From: a virus
DNA: 64,000 bases
IMG/VR virus record: IMGVR_UViG_3300036987_000083
Coordinates: 1 to 64,000 of that record
Direction: 5' to 3' (one strand)
Under the pieces are notes generated by a model. That model did no database searches. It saw only the letters and a list, made by a program, of their open reading frames with translations, and had not been told where the DNA came from. Every line of letters begins with the position of its first letter. Within the stretch, counting starts at the first letter, position 1. Of this stretch, positions 44,177 to 55,325 are shown piece by piece. The position numbers were made by a program, and so were the translations under genes.

Positions 44177-45684
44177 ATGTCCAACACCAAGAACGGCAGC
44201 CCCGCGAAGGTGAGAAGGAAGCTCACGCAATTCGGCGTGGTGATTCGACGGCACCCAACCAGCGAGGCCGAGAAGCTGCTGATGCGGGATTTTGGCAACG
44301 AAACCCACGCTGAGTGCAATCACGGTGTCGGGCACTGCCAGTTCTCCAAGATGTTCGAGGTGCTCTTCAAGGCGGAGCGGCAGCGTCAGTACGAGGCAAG
44401 GAAGCTCGCCACCTGCGACGGGTGTGGCCGGAAGGGCGGGGATATCCAGTCCTGCGGCAGAGACGCGAATGGGGAGCCGGACGCTCCTAGTCTTTGCTTC
44501 CTCTGCCGGAAGACCTATGAGCGAGGTGGGGAGCCCAAGCGCGTCCCCTCCGCGACGCTGGGCGAGCTGGATAAAGTCGCCAAGAGGGTCGAAGCCCGGC
44601 TGAACAAGCAGCACGAGAAGTTGCTGAAGGAGACGAGCAAGGCGCTTCAGTTGGGCATCGCGCTCGTAAACGCGGCGTGGAACTGCTCGCGGAACCCGAG
44701 CGATCCTCAGTTCCAGAAGATGACCGACTACGACAAGGGACCAACAGAGGCGGCCCTGCGAAACGCGGCGGACAAGGTGGACCGCACTCTTTCACGCCTT
44801 CGGCGGGATTCACGAGGGGACTCCTAGTGGCCAAGCGCAAGCACAGCAAGACGGGGAGCACAGTGAAGCGTGTCCTCTCGTATACGAATCGGAAAATGGA
44901 GGGACAACTCCTTTGGGACGCTTCGACCGAGGAGCTGGAGGCGGGAGCCGTGCTTGCGCTTTTCCGCCACCTCGACGAGGAGTGGCAGGTCTACGGGGAA
45001 CTCACCGAAGAGCCTTATCTCGCCAAGTTTCCGGAAAACCACCCCGATGGGTGCATGTGTGAGCCGTGTCAGTACGCGCGAGAGACGCGCAAGCAGGCTC
45101 CTGTGGAAAAGGAGGCCAACGCGCAAATGCTTGCGCTGTACAAACGTGCGAAGAAGGGAGAAGCGCAGGCAGCCAAAATCCTGTTGCACGAGCGAGCGTC
45201 TCGCGAATACGAGAAGTACGCATTCGTTTCCGTCGAGTCGGAAACCTCGACGTATCCAAAGCGGGAGTGGGGCGTCACCAAGCCTTGTGGCGTCGGCTAC
45301 GTCCATAAGACCGGGCTTATCCGCTGGGGCAACCACGGGCGACTTTTCTACTCCCTGGAGCCTACCCTCGACTTGGCCGTGAAGCGGCTGACTGCTGAGG
45401 GGGGTGTGCTGCGCTACGACATTTCCACGCGGGAGGAGGTCCTCATCGAGGAGCCGTGGGCTTTGGTGCCGTTCCGGGCGCGCAAGGTGAGCCCAGCCAC
45501 CAAGACGATGGAGACGGAGGAGGAGTATGCCTGCGCGATGCTGAATGTCGCCGATCCGAAGAACGCTGCACACGCCATGAAGGTGCTTGCGTTGGGCACC
45601 ATCCCTGCGGGGGAGAAGGTTCTGAAGTTCACCAAGCAGGTCTGCCCGTCTTGCGCGCGAGAGATGGAGAGGTTCGATCCGTGA
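44177..45684 (+). CDS. Two hypothetical genes (44177-44827, 44827-45684)
   Basis: GC3-biased; TAG/GTG overlap; CxxC motifs. Confidence 0.65.
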
Positions 45685-46156
45685 TGGCGCCTGTTGAGAA
45701 GTTTCACGCGCACCTCGACCTGTGCCCGCAGTGCCGTGAGCACCCCTTGGAGTTGTGCGCGAGTGGCCACCGACTGTTGCTTGACATGGCTGGACCCTCG
45801 AAGCCCTACTCGATGTCGTCGTCCGTGAGTCCCGAGTCATCCCCTTCCGGGTCGTCGAAGCCTAAGTAGTCCGGCTACCTGAGGTGGAAGCCTCGCCGAT
45901 GGGGCTGCTCCCTGGGTCACAATGCCAATTTTTATAATTTCCTGCCCGGCCGGGAACCCCTGAATACCGCTACTTGGCGGCCTGGCCTCGGCGACCACGA
46001 CCATATGGTCGCCCTTTATAAAAAAAAACTAGAAGTGGAAGACGCGCTGTCTGTCAGCGGGAGCAGCGTCCGGGTTCTTGTTCGAGTCCGGGGGAGTCCC
46101 GTCCGGATTCCCGGGCGCGCCATCAGAGGGCGACCGTGTTCTCGGGCCGGGGACTT

Positions 46157-46717
46157 TTACCAGCCTGGAGGCACCTTCGTAGCCAAGCAGGTGACGGTGT
46201 TGTTCCCCCACTTGAGCCCAAGATCCGCAAAAAGTGAGGGCGGGAACTCCGCCTCGCCGAGTGGCCACAGCGCAGGCTCTCCCGGCCGCCGGGTATGAAG
46301 CCCGCCCTGCAGCACACCGATGATGCGCGTATGCCCTGCAACGGTGCACTTCAGCAGGTTCGCCAGGGCTCCTGAGAAGTTCTGCCCACTGGCCCCCTGG
46401 AAGGTACTACAGGTGCGGAACCAGATGAGGGTGTCAGTACGCACCCTGGGGATGAGCACCGCGAAGCTATCCACTACGCTGGGCTGGGAGGCCAGCCATA
46501 CCGTACCTGCGCTTCCATGTCCCCAATATTGGATGGACTCGTAAGTGGTGTCCTTCCTCGCCAGCCAGTTGAGGGCGTCTGCCCAGGACTCCGCTGCGTA
46601 ATACTCGTCAACGGCACCGAAGGCCTTCTGGAGCCAGCACCCTACAGCCCAGGTGAGACGAAGGAACTTGTCCATCCAGCGAGGACCGGGATTATTGTCG
46701 TAAATGGTAACGCGCAT
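46157..46717 (-). CDS. DUF4347/caspase-like-fold hypothetical protein
   Basis: IQYWGHG and WFRTC motifs suggest a His/Cys dyad; tentative. Confidence 0.45.
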   Translation of the reverse strand: MRVTIYDNNPGPRWMDKFLRLTWAVGCWLQKAFGAVDEYYAAESWADALNWLARKDTTYESIQYWGHGSAGTVWLASQPSVVDSFAVLIPRVRTDTLIWFRTCSTFQGASGQNFSGALANLLKCTVAGHTRIIGVLQGGLHTRRPGEPALWPLGEAEFPPSLFADLGLKWGNNTVTCLATKVPPGW

Positions 46718-46775
46718 GTCGGGCACTCTACCTCACCGGTAGTGGAATTCTAGCGGGAGTTTTCCGCGACCTGGC

Positions 46776-46809
46776 AAAACAAAACCCGCCGTCCCAGGTG
46801 GGAGGCGGG
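46776..46809 (-). terminator. Intrinsic terminator
   Basis: CCCGCC-TCCCA..TGGGA-C-GGCGGG hairpin followed by TTTTGTTTT. Confidence 0.75.
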
Positions 46810-46827
46810 CTGCGCCCTCCAGTGCTA

Positions 46828-47817
46828 CTACGGCACCTTGCCGTAGTGCTTCTCGACGAGAGCCTCGACCTGCGCCTTGAAGGCCGCCGGGAATTCCCAG
46901 ACGGACTCGGCAGGGTTCCACTTCCGGGGGAGGAGCGCCTTGTCCAGCTTCCGAAGCTCGGCGACGTAGCTCATGCGGAAAGGCGTCTTCACCTTAAGGG
47001 TGTCACCCACCTCGGTGATGCTGATGATGGGCTCGCCAGAGGGGAGGGTCTTGGGGGGAGTCGGAGGTGCGACGGGACTCGTGACGTAGGGGGCGAGGGG
47101 TCCCATCTTGGCGAGCTTGGCCGCATCTGCGGCAACCTGGGCTTCCGCCAGCACCTGCAGCTCGGCAAGGTGGATCTCCGCTGCCTCGATGGTTTCGACG
47201 AGGCCCTCGAAGTGCGGGTAGTGCTTGATGACTGCCATACGAAAGGCGTTGAACTCGTGGGCAGGGAAGGACCAGCACGCCTTCGAGACGCTCGGCCCCA
47301 CCGGGTGGAACTGGTAGCCATGGATTCGCTTGAATGCCATCCGGGCGGCCTTGTTCTGAGGGCCGGAGACGCCCAGCCGCCCTTCAGCCATCGGGAAGAC
47401 GGAAGCCAGCCCCGTGGCCGCCTCGCCCATCCAGAGCGCCACGATGCCGACGTAGCCCAGCCCGAGGACGATGCCGCAGAGCGCCTTGATGTTGTGGCGA
47501 TTCTGGTTGTGAGACAAGATCCATTCAATGCGCTTCACCTCGATGCGCCAGTCTTCGCGGGAGCCCGCGTCGCTTGCCCGGAGGGCCGCTTCGAGGTTCT
47601 GAAACGTTTCCATCGTCTCGGGAGTCAGTTCGAGCACGTCCACCGAGGAGTAGGCCGCCAGCACCTTCTCCATGTCGGAAGGAATGAGACGGGCGAGGAG
47701 TGCATTGTCCAGCAAACGACAATAAGGGCCGATCCCCTCGTTGAGGCTCGCCGCGTCGGTGAGAGGGTGGCTACAGCGGAAGCAGTGACGGGATCCGAGA
47801 TTCTTGGGGGCGTACAT
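46828..47817 (-). CDS. Protein with DUF6011-like Zn ribbon (N-term) and HARP-like domain (C-term)
   Basis: CFRC..PLTD..S...GIGPYC; KTPF....ELRKL....RKWNP....WEFP. Confidence 0.6.
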   Translation of the reverse strand: MYAPKNLGSRHCFRCSHPLTDAASLNEGIGPYCRLLDNALLARLIPSDMEKVLAAYSSVDVLELTPETMETFQNLEAALRASDAGSREDWRIEVKRIEWILSHNQNRHNIKALCGIVLGLGYVGIVALWMGEAATGLASVFPMAEGRLGVSGPQNKAARMAFKRIHGYQFHPVGPSVSKACWSFPAHEFNAFRMAVIKHYPHFEGLVETIEAAEIHLAELQVLAEAQVAADAAKLAKMGPLAPYVTSPVAPPTPPKTLPSGEPIISITEVGDTLKVKTPFRMSYVAELRKLDKALLPRKWNPAESVWEFPAAFKAQVEALVEKHYGKVP

Positions 47818-47850
47818 GGGTGGCTCCGAGTGACTGCGGGTGTGAAACAG

Positions 47851-48675
47851 TCATAGCACGTTGTATCCACCGTTGTCAAGTTTGTAAGATAGCCCACAGT
47901 TCTGAAGACTCGGGGTTACTTGCTTCAAGAATTTGTTAGCATTTTCGGCATAGAGCCGGATGCCTTCGTAACGCTTCGTCCCTCCTAACTTATTATAAGA
48001 CCCGTTTGAGGTACCGCGATTGACCCATGTACACTTGGTGCTATCCACTTGGGTTTTGATTTTAAGGAGAGCGCGAAGCGCGAGATTTTCGTCGTGGGTA
48101 AATGCACAAGTTGAGAAACGAATTGTGGTTTTGTCCACATGCCCTGTGGGTCGGACTCTAGCCGGAGACAGACACCCGTCGTCGAGATACCAGATCCCCA
48201 AGCCTAACTCCGTGATGGTGTCGAAAGGGTGAAGTGGCACGGATTTTCTTCCCTCGATTACGACGAGCTTCGCCAGCTCAGTAAGGAATGGGTGTCGCAC
48301 AGTACGTAGGCGGATTCGATCGGGTGGGTAATCTATTGTCCGTACAAGCGGCCCAAGCAGCTTCGCCTTCCACCGAAGATAGTCCTCTTGGCTAAGTGCG
48401 TGCTTAATTTCCAGCCCCCAATTACTCCCCGATTGTCGTGGCTTCGCTAAGTGGCCGTCTCCAAGGATAGAACCGAGGATGACTTGCTGAGCCATTTCGC
48501 TTACGGGAATGGCCGCGTTTACTTGAGAAGGTATACGTCCTACGGTGCGCGCGTTTTCGGCACGACAAGGCTTACAGAGCCGCCTCGCCGCTTTCTTCGT
48601 ACCAAGACAATACGCGGGCACCGGGATGGGGACGCAACACTTGGCGCAGCGCAAGTCTACCCAGCGTTCATTCAT
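47851..48675 (-). CDS. Free-standing LAGLIDADG homing endonuclease (I-SceI-like, two motifs)
   Basis: VILGSILGDGHL and GLGIWYLDDG; YL.WK; RK.VP; F.T..F. Confidence 0.85.
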   Translation of the reverse strand: MNERWVDLRCAKCCVPIPVPAYCLGTKKAARRLCKPCRAENARTVGRIPSQVNAAIPVSEMAQQVILGSILGDGHLAKPRQSGSNWGLEIKHALSQEDYLRWKAKLLGPLVRTIDYPPDRIRLRTVRHPFLTELAKLVVIEGRKSVPLHPFDTITELGLGIWYLDDGCLSPARVRPTGHVDKTTIRFSTCAFTHDENLALRALLKIKTQVDSTKCTWVNRGTSNGSYNKLGGTKRYEGIRLYAENANKFLKQVTPSLQNCGLSYKLDNGGYNVL

Positions 48676-48843
48676 CCTTCGGTCCTAGCGTGGAGTAACT
48701 CCATGTGTCCATGTGGTCACGGCATTGACGGCCGCGACAGGGCTACCAGGCTGTGCAAGTGGAACCCGGACGGGGAGTTTTCCGCCCAAGCGGACACGGA
48801 AAGCCCGGCCTCCAGGGGAAGCCGGGCCGCGTCCATGTGGTCG

Positions 48844-49702
48844 CTACCAGAGGTCGTAGAAGCTGAGTTCGGACTTGTCCATGCCCAGAATCGTCCGGGC
48901 CGCGTCGGAGAGCTGCTGCTGGGCCTCCTGCCGGGGCTCGGTGTCGTCCGCACCGAGGCCTCGGTACTTGTGCATCGCCGGTTCCATGAACAGCTTGTAA
49001 GCGGACAGCACCGCCTTGTTGATGTTCTGCTTCGAGGGAGGGATGCTGCGCAGCTCCTTGCGGAGGTAGCGGAGCGACTTGCCGAGCGCGGAGTTCATCC
49101 CTCGCGCAGCCGTCCCTACGCCCTTCATGGAGCAGTAGAGCTGCCAATCATCGGCGGAGAGCTTCGGAATGACGAGAGCCGGGAGTCGTGGGGTAGGCAT
49201 TTGATTACCCTCCCTTGAGGTGAGCGTGGCCGCACTCGTCGCAGACCCACGCGGGGATTCCATCTACGCCGTTGACAGTGACGTGTAGCAACGTCATTGG
49301 CTCGATGTGCCCCTTGACGCACATGCCGGGCTCAGGGAAGTTGTAATCAGCCTCAGCCTTGTTGCGGCACCATTCCACATAGCCGAGGCGGGTGTCGTTG
49401 TTGGCGACTTCGTACTTCCAGTCAGCGAGCGGGAAGGCGTCGGTTTTGAGCGAGGTGGGCATGGTTTCCTTTCAGCCGAAGAGGGCTTCGAGTGCCTCGA
49501 TGGTGGAACGAGCAGCGTAGAGGGGAACGACCGTCTTCTTCCGGGTGAGGGTGTCGGTGATGGTCACCTTGTTACCCTCGGGGTCCACCCGGAAGCGAGC
49601 CGAGTCGGTGACGAACGTTTCCGTCTGGACGAGGATTTGAAGCTCGCCCACATCGGTGCCTGCGAGATTCTCTCCGACTCGGGTCTTCACGGGGTTGGCC
49701 AT
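48844..49702 (-). CDS. Three hypothetical genes (48844-49200, 49205-49462, 49472-49702)
   Basis: 49205-49462 has DWKYEVANNDTRLGY.EW, a phage-conserved motif. Confidence 0.6.
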
Positions 49703-49787
49703 GCACTCCTTCTACACTATGAACTGCCACAATGCAAGCCCATCTTTAACCTTGACAATGACAGGGGCGGCGAGGTATAAGCTACGC

Positions 49788-50329
49788 ATGAATCCCAATC
49801 AACGCGCGGCCTTCAACCGTCTCGCCCTTGCGCTCTCTCAGGCGCAGGAGGCGCTTCTCGATGTGGTGAAGGAGTCCGACGACGTTATTCGGTCGGCTGA
49901 CGACGCCTACGAGGCATCCAAGAAGATGGCGGACATGCTTGGAGAGATGAGTGATGATTGGCAGCCGGAGGAGAGCAGCGGCTTGCTCTGCGAGCTGTAC
50001 GAGGCGGTGGAGCGCGTGCAGCCCGAGCTGGACAGGCTCAAGGCGGCGGTGGAGCCGAAGGAGGAGTCCCCTCCCGACATCCTCGTTTTCGGCGCTCCCG
50101 TGGTGAACCTGTGAGCGGCGTAGAGGTGCGGTTTAAGCGGTGGGGGCACAAGGAGGAACCTGTCTCCGTTGTGATGGATGTAGTTCCTCGAAAGGGGGAT
50201 CTACTCCTTTGGGAGTATACCCACCCTTCTGCGTCTCCCATCCCGGTGGGCAACTACGTGGTGACGTCCGTATGTTGGGTGATGGCGAACACCCAGTACG
50301 TTACTGTGCTGCTCGTTCTTAACAACTAG
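49788..50329 (+). CDS. Two hypothetical genes (49788-50114 leaderless; about 50111-50329)
   Basis: TTGACA 49752-49757, TATAAG 49776-49781, ATG 49788. Confidence 0.6.
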
Positions 50330-50394
50330 CCCAGGTTCACTGGCGACCACATGGTCGCTAGTGGAATACCCGCAGGGAGTTTTCTGGGTTGAAC

Positions 50395-50420
50395 AAAAAA
50401 AGACCAGGCCAAGCCTGGTC
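50395..50420 (-). terminator. Intrinsic terminator
   Basis: GACCAGGC-TTG-GCCTGGTC followed by T7. Confidence 0.85.
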
Positions 50421-50436
50421 CTTTCCGCCCGCGTAC

Positions 50437-52148
50437 TCACGGGTTGTAGTTCTCTTCTGCGTCCTCAGCTTCCTGCCTTGCCGCCTCGCTGCGTTCCTCG
50501 TCGGTGACGGGGCCGGGGTCCGGTAGATCCACAGAGACGCTCGGGGCTCGCTTGTTCACAAAGCGTACTCCGCGTCCGTGGGTGCGCTCCTGTGCCCGCG
50601 CTTCGCTCACGGTGACCCACGGGTAAGTGACTCGACCTTCAGCGGAGTCCGGTGAGTACCCATCCTTCCAGACGTACTTGGAGCCTGCCCCTCGTTCGAT
50701 GGGACCTCGGAGGTAATAGGTAACGGTGTCTTTCATCCCGTTAGTCGATTCCCAAGGGGGCGAAGAAGCCGAGCCGGGCCGCGTCTCGCAGCGTCGTGTA
50801 CCCGTACCCGTCAGGCTCGTCCCCCCATGACATATCGCCCGCCACCACGATGCGGAGCGGCTTACCCTCCTGCTTGATGACTCGGCAGGCCGCGTCGCGG
50901 GCGGCACCGTCCCACACGTTGTAGAGGTCCGCGAGCGTCTGGTTCGCGTCAGTGTCCGCGATGTCGTTGATTTCCGACTCGTCGAAATCCTGGAGGAACT
51001 CGTTGTTCAGCCAGAGGAATTTGGGGTCCTTCCGCGCCCGCTTGGCGGCCTCGATGGTGGCGTTGGCGCGCTTCAGCAGTCGTGCCTCCAGCGCCTTGCT
51101 GCGCTTGAGCTTCGTGGGGCCAGTAACGATGATGGTGAGGAGATCAGCGCCCATGGGGTTTGTTCCTTTCGACTGCGGGTGTGCTTCGTTTATACCACGC
51201 TAAGACTGCCGTTGTCAAGGGACGGTAGGGAGGGTGCCGTCGTCGCACCATTCGGCGTCGGCATTGACTTCGATGCCCTCGGGCATCGGCTTCGAGGATT
51301 CAAAGATTTCGTGCATGTTGACGAGGCGGCTACCAGACTCCCCGTAGTAGCGAGGTTCCGAATATTCCTCGCGCGTGTACCCCATCTCCCGCAGCTCCTT
51401 GAGGGAGGGTCGGTCGTCCTCGGGCAGGTCCTCCCACGACACGTCCGTGCTGGTGACAGTGAAGACGTGTTTCCCTTTCCCTTCTGCGTACAATTCGGAT
51501 TCCCGAGCCCTGTCGATGAGCTTGAAGGGACCGAATTGCCGGACCAACTCTTCGACGGTGTAGAGGGGCATGAGCATTCAGTACCACGAGTGGTATGCTG
51601 TTGTCCAGTGGAAGTTCTAGCTGGAGGGTTCTCCTTGCTGCACTTCGAGCGCCGCGTCGCGCAGCACGGCGCATCTGGGGCAGGTGGGGATGGTGTCGGC
51701 TTCTGGACTCCCGCCGCAGGCAACCTCGGCCACGGCGCGCCAGGTGGCCTCGTCCGCAATCTCGACCCCATCGCACGCGCGGACCAGTTGCGGCGTTTGT
51801 GTGAATGGAGAGCCGTAGCGCAGCCGCTCCAGTCCTCGGAGCGTCGCGTGTGTCAGCGGGGCGGTCACGACCCCTCCTCGCAGCAGCATGTCTCGCACCT
51901 TCCTACCAGCACAGCAGCGTCGCACATCCTCATGTCGTCACCTCTTTTCCTTCGAGCGCCGCGTCTCGCATTACGGCGCATTTGGGGCAGGTGGGGATGG
52001 TGTCGCGGATGCCCGCCATGCCGATGGCTTCGTGAGGATGTTCTTCGCTGCTTCCGCACGCCAGGCGCCAGGCGTGTGCGGCTACATCGGGCTCTCCACG
52101 CAGCGTTCGAAGCGCGTTCACCGTCGCGTGCGTCAGAGCGTCAGTCAT
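50437..52148 (-). CDS. Hypothetical genes (50437-about 50736, 50741-51154, 51215-51577, 51617-51868, 51930-52148)
   Basis: The last two are PLTHAT/PTCPxC paralogs. Confidence 0.6.
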
Positions 52149-52196
52149 GGCGTCACCTCCACGGCGCGCGCCTTTGTGATGCGGGTGGGCCTTGAG

Positions 52197-53024
52197 TCAC
52201 TGGCGTCCCCGTCCGGTGGATTTCAGGATGGGGCCCAGGTTGGAAGCCCAGAGGTGGAGTTGTTCCACGGTGTACAGGCCGTAGTTGTAGAGGTGTTGCT
52301 CCATCGGATTCAGCCAGAAGACGACGGGATGTGCTGTCATGTCCTTTTGGACAGTGCTATCCTTGGTCCACCGGGGGGACAGGGAGAACCACCGCCGTCC
52401 TGCTTTATTCAGCTTCGTCTCGATGCCCGTATTTGCGGCAGCCTGAAGGAGGCTTTTCTGGTCCAAGTCTGCCGCCAGCATTGCATCCACGGAGTCTTTG
52501 GGCAGCTTCGAGACGATGGCGAAAAGGAGGCCACCACCAATGTGGAAGGGTCCGATGTTCGTCCAGAAGGCCACGTCGCGCTGTTGGAAGGCCAGGTGCA
52601 TCTCTCGCACCCGATTGCGGTCGAAGTCCGCCTTCTTTCCCCACGCCACCATGCCGAAGCTCCGCTCATCCCACGCGCATGCGAGGTTCCGGCGGTCCTC
52701 GTTGTACCACGGACCCGGCCTCGTCAATTCCCCCTCCCTCACCCGTCGCTCGAAGCTCGCGTTGGTGGTTTCAGAGGCACTGAGGGTGTCCGGGGAGTAG
52801 CCGAGGATGGTCTTGTCCTTGCCGTCTATGAAGCAAAGGTTTGGGGGGCAGGTACGCACTCGTCGCCGCTCGACCCCATCCACTTCGTCACCCGGCAGCC
52901 CGAAGGACGCGCGGAGCTTTTTCGTGCCAAATTCGTGCTCCGCACAGAAGTCGCTACCCATCGCCAAGCCGAGCAGGCTGCCTTGCGCGTCCAGCACCCA
53001 CTTGGGTTCGTTCGTTCGCCTCAT
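52197..53024 (-). CDS. Conserved large-phage hypothetical protein (275 aa)
   Basis: GSDFCAEHE.G...AWDE.SF...FWLNP.EQ..YN.G; leaderless start. Confidence 0.75.
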   Translation of the reverse strand: MRRTNEPKWVLDAQGSLLGLAMGSDFCAEHEFGTKKLRASFGLPGDEVDGVERRRVRTCPPNLCFIDGKDKTILGYSPDTLSASETTNASFERRVREGELTRPGPWYNEDRRNLACAWDERSFGMVAWGKKADFDRNRVREMHLAFQQRDVAFWTNIGPFHIGGGLLFAIVSKLPKDSVDAMLAADLDQKSLLQAAANTGIETKLNKAGRRWFSLSPRWTKDSTVQKDMTAHPVVFWLNPMEQHLYNYGLYTVEQLHLWASNLGPILKSTGRGRQ

Positions 53025-53166
53025 TGCGTTCCATTACCATGTTGGGTCTGCCCTTGTCAAGATAACTGAGCGACCATGTGGTCGCGTCCCCGAGTAAGGA
53101 GTTTTCCTTACCGGACAAAAGACAACGGGTGAAGAGGCCCCGCAACCCCTTCCCCCGTCGGATCCT

Positions 53167-54123
53167 TTAGGTGGATCTGTTCAACTCCTGGTTACCCGCC
53201 GATGGCATCTCGTTGTCAAGTGGCGGGGCTGGGGTGGATCCTCCGAGATTCTCTGGCAGCACCTCTGTCTCAAAGGCCTCCCCAGGGGAGAGCTGCGAGG
53301 GGGGTATGACGCGAGCGTGTTGTGCTGCCAGCCTGAAGGCCTCCTCGTAGGAGTTGGCGGATACCTCCACCTCTCCGTAGAAGGGCCTCCAGACTGCGAA
53401 TCGGAAGTTCTTCATGGGTTACTCCGGCCGCTCCACGCAGCTCACGTCGATGTCGTCATCGTCGAAATCGACCTTGTTCCCGTCGAAGTCGTGGATGGTG
53501 TACGCCGAGGAAGTCACGAGCATGCGTCGAGCCTCCTTCTCCGCTGCCGCCGCATTCTCGGCTTCCACCTGAAGGACGAAGCCGATGGGGAGCGTCACGC
53601 TTCCTGCCACGTTGAAAGTCTTGATGCCCGAGGAATCCGCCTCAGTGAGCAAGTCGGGGCGGTACTTCTTGAGTACCATCAGGAGGATGTCGCGCCCAGC
53701 TTCCGCGCAGTCTTCCTCGCTCATGCCGGGGACCACCTCGAAGAGCCGGGCCGCGATGTCCTCCTCAGTGGTGATTTGCTCGTCCGCGTCCAGCTTGCTG
53801 TTGTAGCTCATTTAGCCCTCCTCCTCTTCAGCCTCGGCGTCCTCGCAGTCCTCACACAGTCCGGGGGACTCGATTTCACTGCCGCAGTCCTCGCAGTAGT
53901 CGTCGTTCCCCTCTTTGTCGTCCTCCTCGCCCTCCACCTTGAAATACTTGAGGGCAGTGGCGAGGAGGTGGTTGTAGTCCCCGGAAGTCATCTCCTTCTG
54001 AATCAGCTCGATGTCTTCCTTTGGCATTCCCGCCTTCCGCGCAGCCTTGAGGCAAACCGCGATGACGTTGAAGGCGTTGCCATCAATTCCGACGAGATTC
54101 ACGCTTGGACGGATGCTCGGCAT
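53167..54123 (-). CDS. Three hypothetical genes (53167-53415, 53419-53811, 53812-54123)
   Basis: 53812-54123 has LVG.DGNAF...GDY.HLL and an acidic tail. Confidence 0.65.
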
Positions 54124-54187
54124 TTGTTTCCTCGGGTGTTGCGGGTGTCCCCCACCAGTACCACGACATGCCTGCCGTTGTCAAGAA

Positions 54188-54781
54188 CTAGAAGGGCGGG
54201 GTGACGAACTCGATGACGGGCGGCCAGTTGCAGCACCCGATTTTCCAAGCGTAGGCGTCCATGATGTCCTTTGCCTCCTTGAGCCCGGCAGCGTTGGCGC
54301 ACACGGTTCCCGTGTATGCCCGGTACACCTTGATGGCGTCGATTTTCTTACCCCGCTTCACGAGCTGCTTGTGGTTAGGCAGAAGCGGAGGGGGGTTGAG
54401 GATGTCAAACACAGGCTTGATGGTGCCTTCCGCGATGAAGTCGTCCACCAAGAGCTTTGCCGTCAGCAGGTCGGGCGTGGAGCCCGTGAGCGCGTGGATG
54501 CGGAGGCGGTATGTGGAGATGGCCTCCAGCTTGTGTCCAAGCAGGGCCAAATCCTTTTCCTTGACACTCAGAGGTATGGCGAATTTCAGTGGTGGTGCTT
54601 GCTTCGGCGGCTGCGTCGCTTCGAGACTCGTCACCGCTGTCAGCCCGGCTGACATTTTCGTAATCCGGTTGTTCAGCTCCGCGACTTCCGCGCGCAGCGA
54701 CACCAACTCTGCCCCCATCCCCACATTGAGGGATTGGACCGCTTCCATGACTTCCTGAAGGGAGGGCTTCTTGGCGGGCAT
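54188..54781 (-). CDS. Protein with two ribosomal L7/L12 C-terminal-like motifs
   Basis: KLEAISTYR...TG..L.TAK..VD and KIDAIKVYR..TG...GLKEAKDIMD. Confidence 0.6.
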   Translation of the reverse strand: MPAKKPSLQEVMEAVQSLNVGMGAELVSLRAEVAELNNRITKMSAGLTAVTSLEATQPPKQAPPLKFAIPLSVKEKDLALLGHKLEAISTYRLRIHALTGSTPDLLTAKLLVDDFIAEGTIKPVFDILNPPPLLPNHKQLVKRGKKIDAIKVYRAYTGTVCANAAGLKEAKDIMDAYAWKIGCCNWPPVIEFVTPPF

Positions 54782-54978
54782 GGCGTCCATATACCGCACA
54801 ACGACTGCCGTTGTCAAGATACTAGCGAGGTTAGGGAGTTATAGGAAGTTTATGGCCGCCGGACCTACTTCCCTAGAATCACCTAACCAGGCCGGGTGGA
54901 AGAGTGGCGGGAGTTTTCCTCTTCTTGTGGTAGGAACCTGGGTGGTTAACCTGGCGCATCACTAACCCGAGGATTCAC

Positions 54979-55269
54979 ATGAAGATTCGACCCATGCAGG
55001 ATCGGCTCATCGTCAAGCGCAACACCGGAGACGACGTTTCACCTGGAGGCATCCACATCCCCGTCGCGGCCAAAGCGAAGCCCCTGGAGGGAGAGGTTAT
55101 CGCCGTTGGACCGGGCAAGCGTCGGGAGGACGGGGTAATTCACCCACTCGGCGTGAAGGCGGGAGACACCATCCTCTTCGCTAAGTACGCGGGGGCTGAA
55201 ATCAAAATCAACGGCGCAGACTTCCTGATGATGCGTGAGGACGACGTTCTCGGCGTCTACGAGCCGTAA
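54979..55269 (+). CDS. groES: Co-chaperonin GroES
   Basis: MKIRPMQDRLIVKR...PGGIHIP..AK.KP.EGEVIAVGPG...VK.GD.ILFAKYAG.EIK...MREDDVLG. Confidence 0.95.
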   Translation: MKIRPMQDRLIVKRNTGDDVSPGGIHIPVAAKAKPLEGEVIAVGPGKRREDGVIHPLGVKAGDTILFAKYAGAEIKINGADFLMMREDDVLGVYEP

Positions 55270-55278
55270 CGCGGGCTG

Positions 55279-55308
55279 AGCCCGCCTCCCCCTGTGGAGA
55301 GGCGGGCT
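55279..55308. terminator. Hairpin between convergent genes
   Basis: AGCCCGCCTC / GAGGCGGGCT 10-bp stem. Confidence 0.65.
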
Positions 55309-55325
55309 TGTCCCTGCTCATGCGG

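Noticed and set aside
44824-53069. Long antisense ORFs (44824-45840, 46798-47856, 51179-52195, 51888-53069; similarly 24238-25110, 41298-42032, 53317-54204)
   Set aside because: Shadow frames opposite GC3-biased genes that have recognisable motifs, RBS or promoters.
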